A stretch of 64,000 bases of DNA from Octopus vulgaris (taxonomy: Eukaryota): NCBI GenBank assembly GCA_951406725.2, contig OX597825.1:80042001-80106000 (forward strand). Reading direction: 5' to 3'. Each line of letters opens with the position of its first letter. Position 1 is the first letter of the stretch. Below, piece by piece: positions 63,546 through 64,000 of the stretch. Position numbers and translations under genes: made by a program. A model generated the notes under the pieces. It was given only the letters and a program-made list of their open reading frames with translations. It did not search any database and had not been told where the DNA came from.

Positions 63546-64000
63546 GCTTTTGATTGTCTCTTCCTTCTTAAACCGTTTATTCAGTTTTCTGTTTATATTT
63601 TGTCTCTCAGCGTTTAAATATTTCGTGCAAATTACAGGAAAGCAGTTTAAAGACAATATTTCACACTTATTTTTTTTTTAAAATTACTTATTTAATCCCA
63701 GAATTGAAAACCTCAAAATTAAATTATTACTTTCATCTCAGATTCAGACAAATTATAAATTTTATATATACATACATATACATATATATATGATTAGTAA
63801 GGTGAAGTCGAACTGGACGAATGAATTAAAAATTGCATTGCTGTTAATAGTAAGAGATTATCATCAATATAGAACATAGAATGCGGTTTTTAAAATATTG
63901 CTGTACTAAGACCGGGTTTCGTGGGTTTAAATTATTATTTCATTCGACTGGACATAAAGAAACCCATATTTTTAGGGTCTGGGGAAAATTGAATGTTGGT

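Overview
AT-rich, repeat-dense animal genomic DNA. The tRNA-derived SINE repertoire and (TA)n/(CA)n/(GAT)n microsatellites point to a coleoid cephalopod, probably Octopus (inference). I could assemble two complete spliced genes by hand with GT-AG junctions and consistent phases. Phosphoserine phosphatase (PSPH, + strand) has 5 coding exons at 31374-37910 and encodes 232 aa. GPI ethanolamine-phosphate transferase 3 (PIGO, - strand) has 5 coding exons at 54915-42641 and encodes 1087 aa. The two genes are convergent. A third, unidentified gene appears to start at 62694. The rest is mobile DNA: a near-intact DD34E Tc1 element in a PIGO intron, mariner remnants, hAT/Tc1/piggyBac-like MITEs, RTE-type LINE 3' ends, several SINE families and a tRNA-Asp pseudogene. 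Three observations stand out. (1) PSPH coding intron 3 holds an antisense copy of the gene's own last exon plus 3'UTR and also a second, sense copy, so the pre-mRNA can form mutually competing long duplexes; this is a candidate ADAR-editing or splicing switch. (2) At least a dozen minimal type-I hammerhead-ribozyme motifs of the Penelope type, from several unrelated families, are present, often as inverted pairs; one sits in a TSD-flanked element with a tRNA-like B-box. (3) Local sequence has repeatedly been copied into SINEs as templated insertions. Almost all short ORFs in the supplied track are microsatellite or SINE artefacts.
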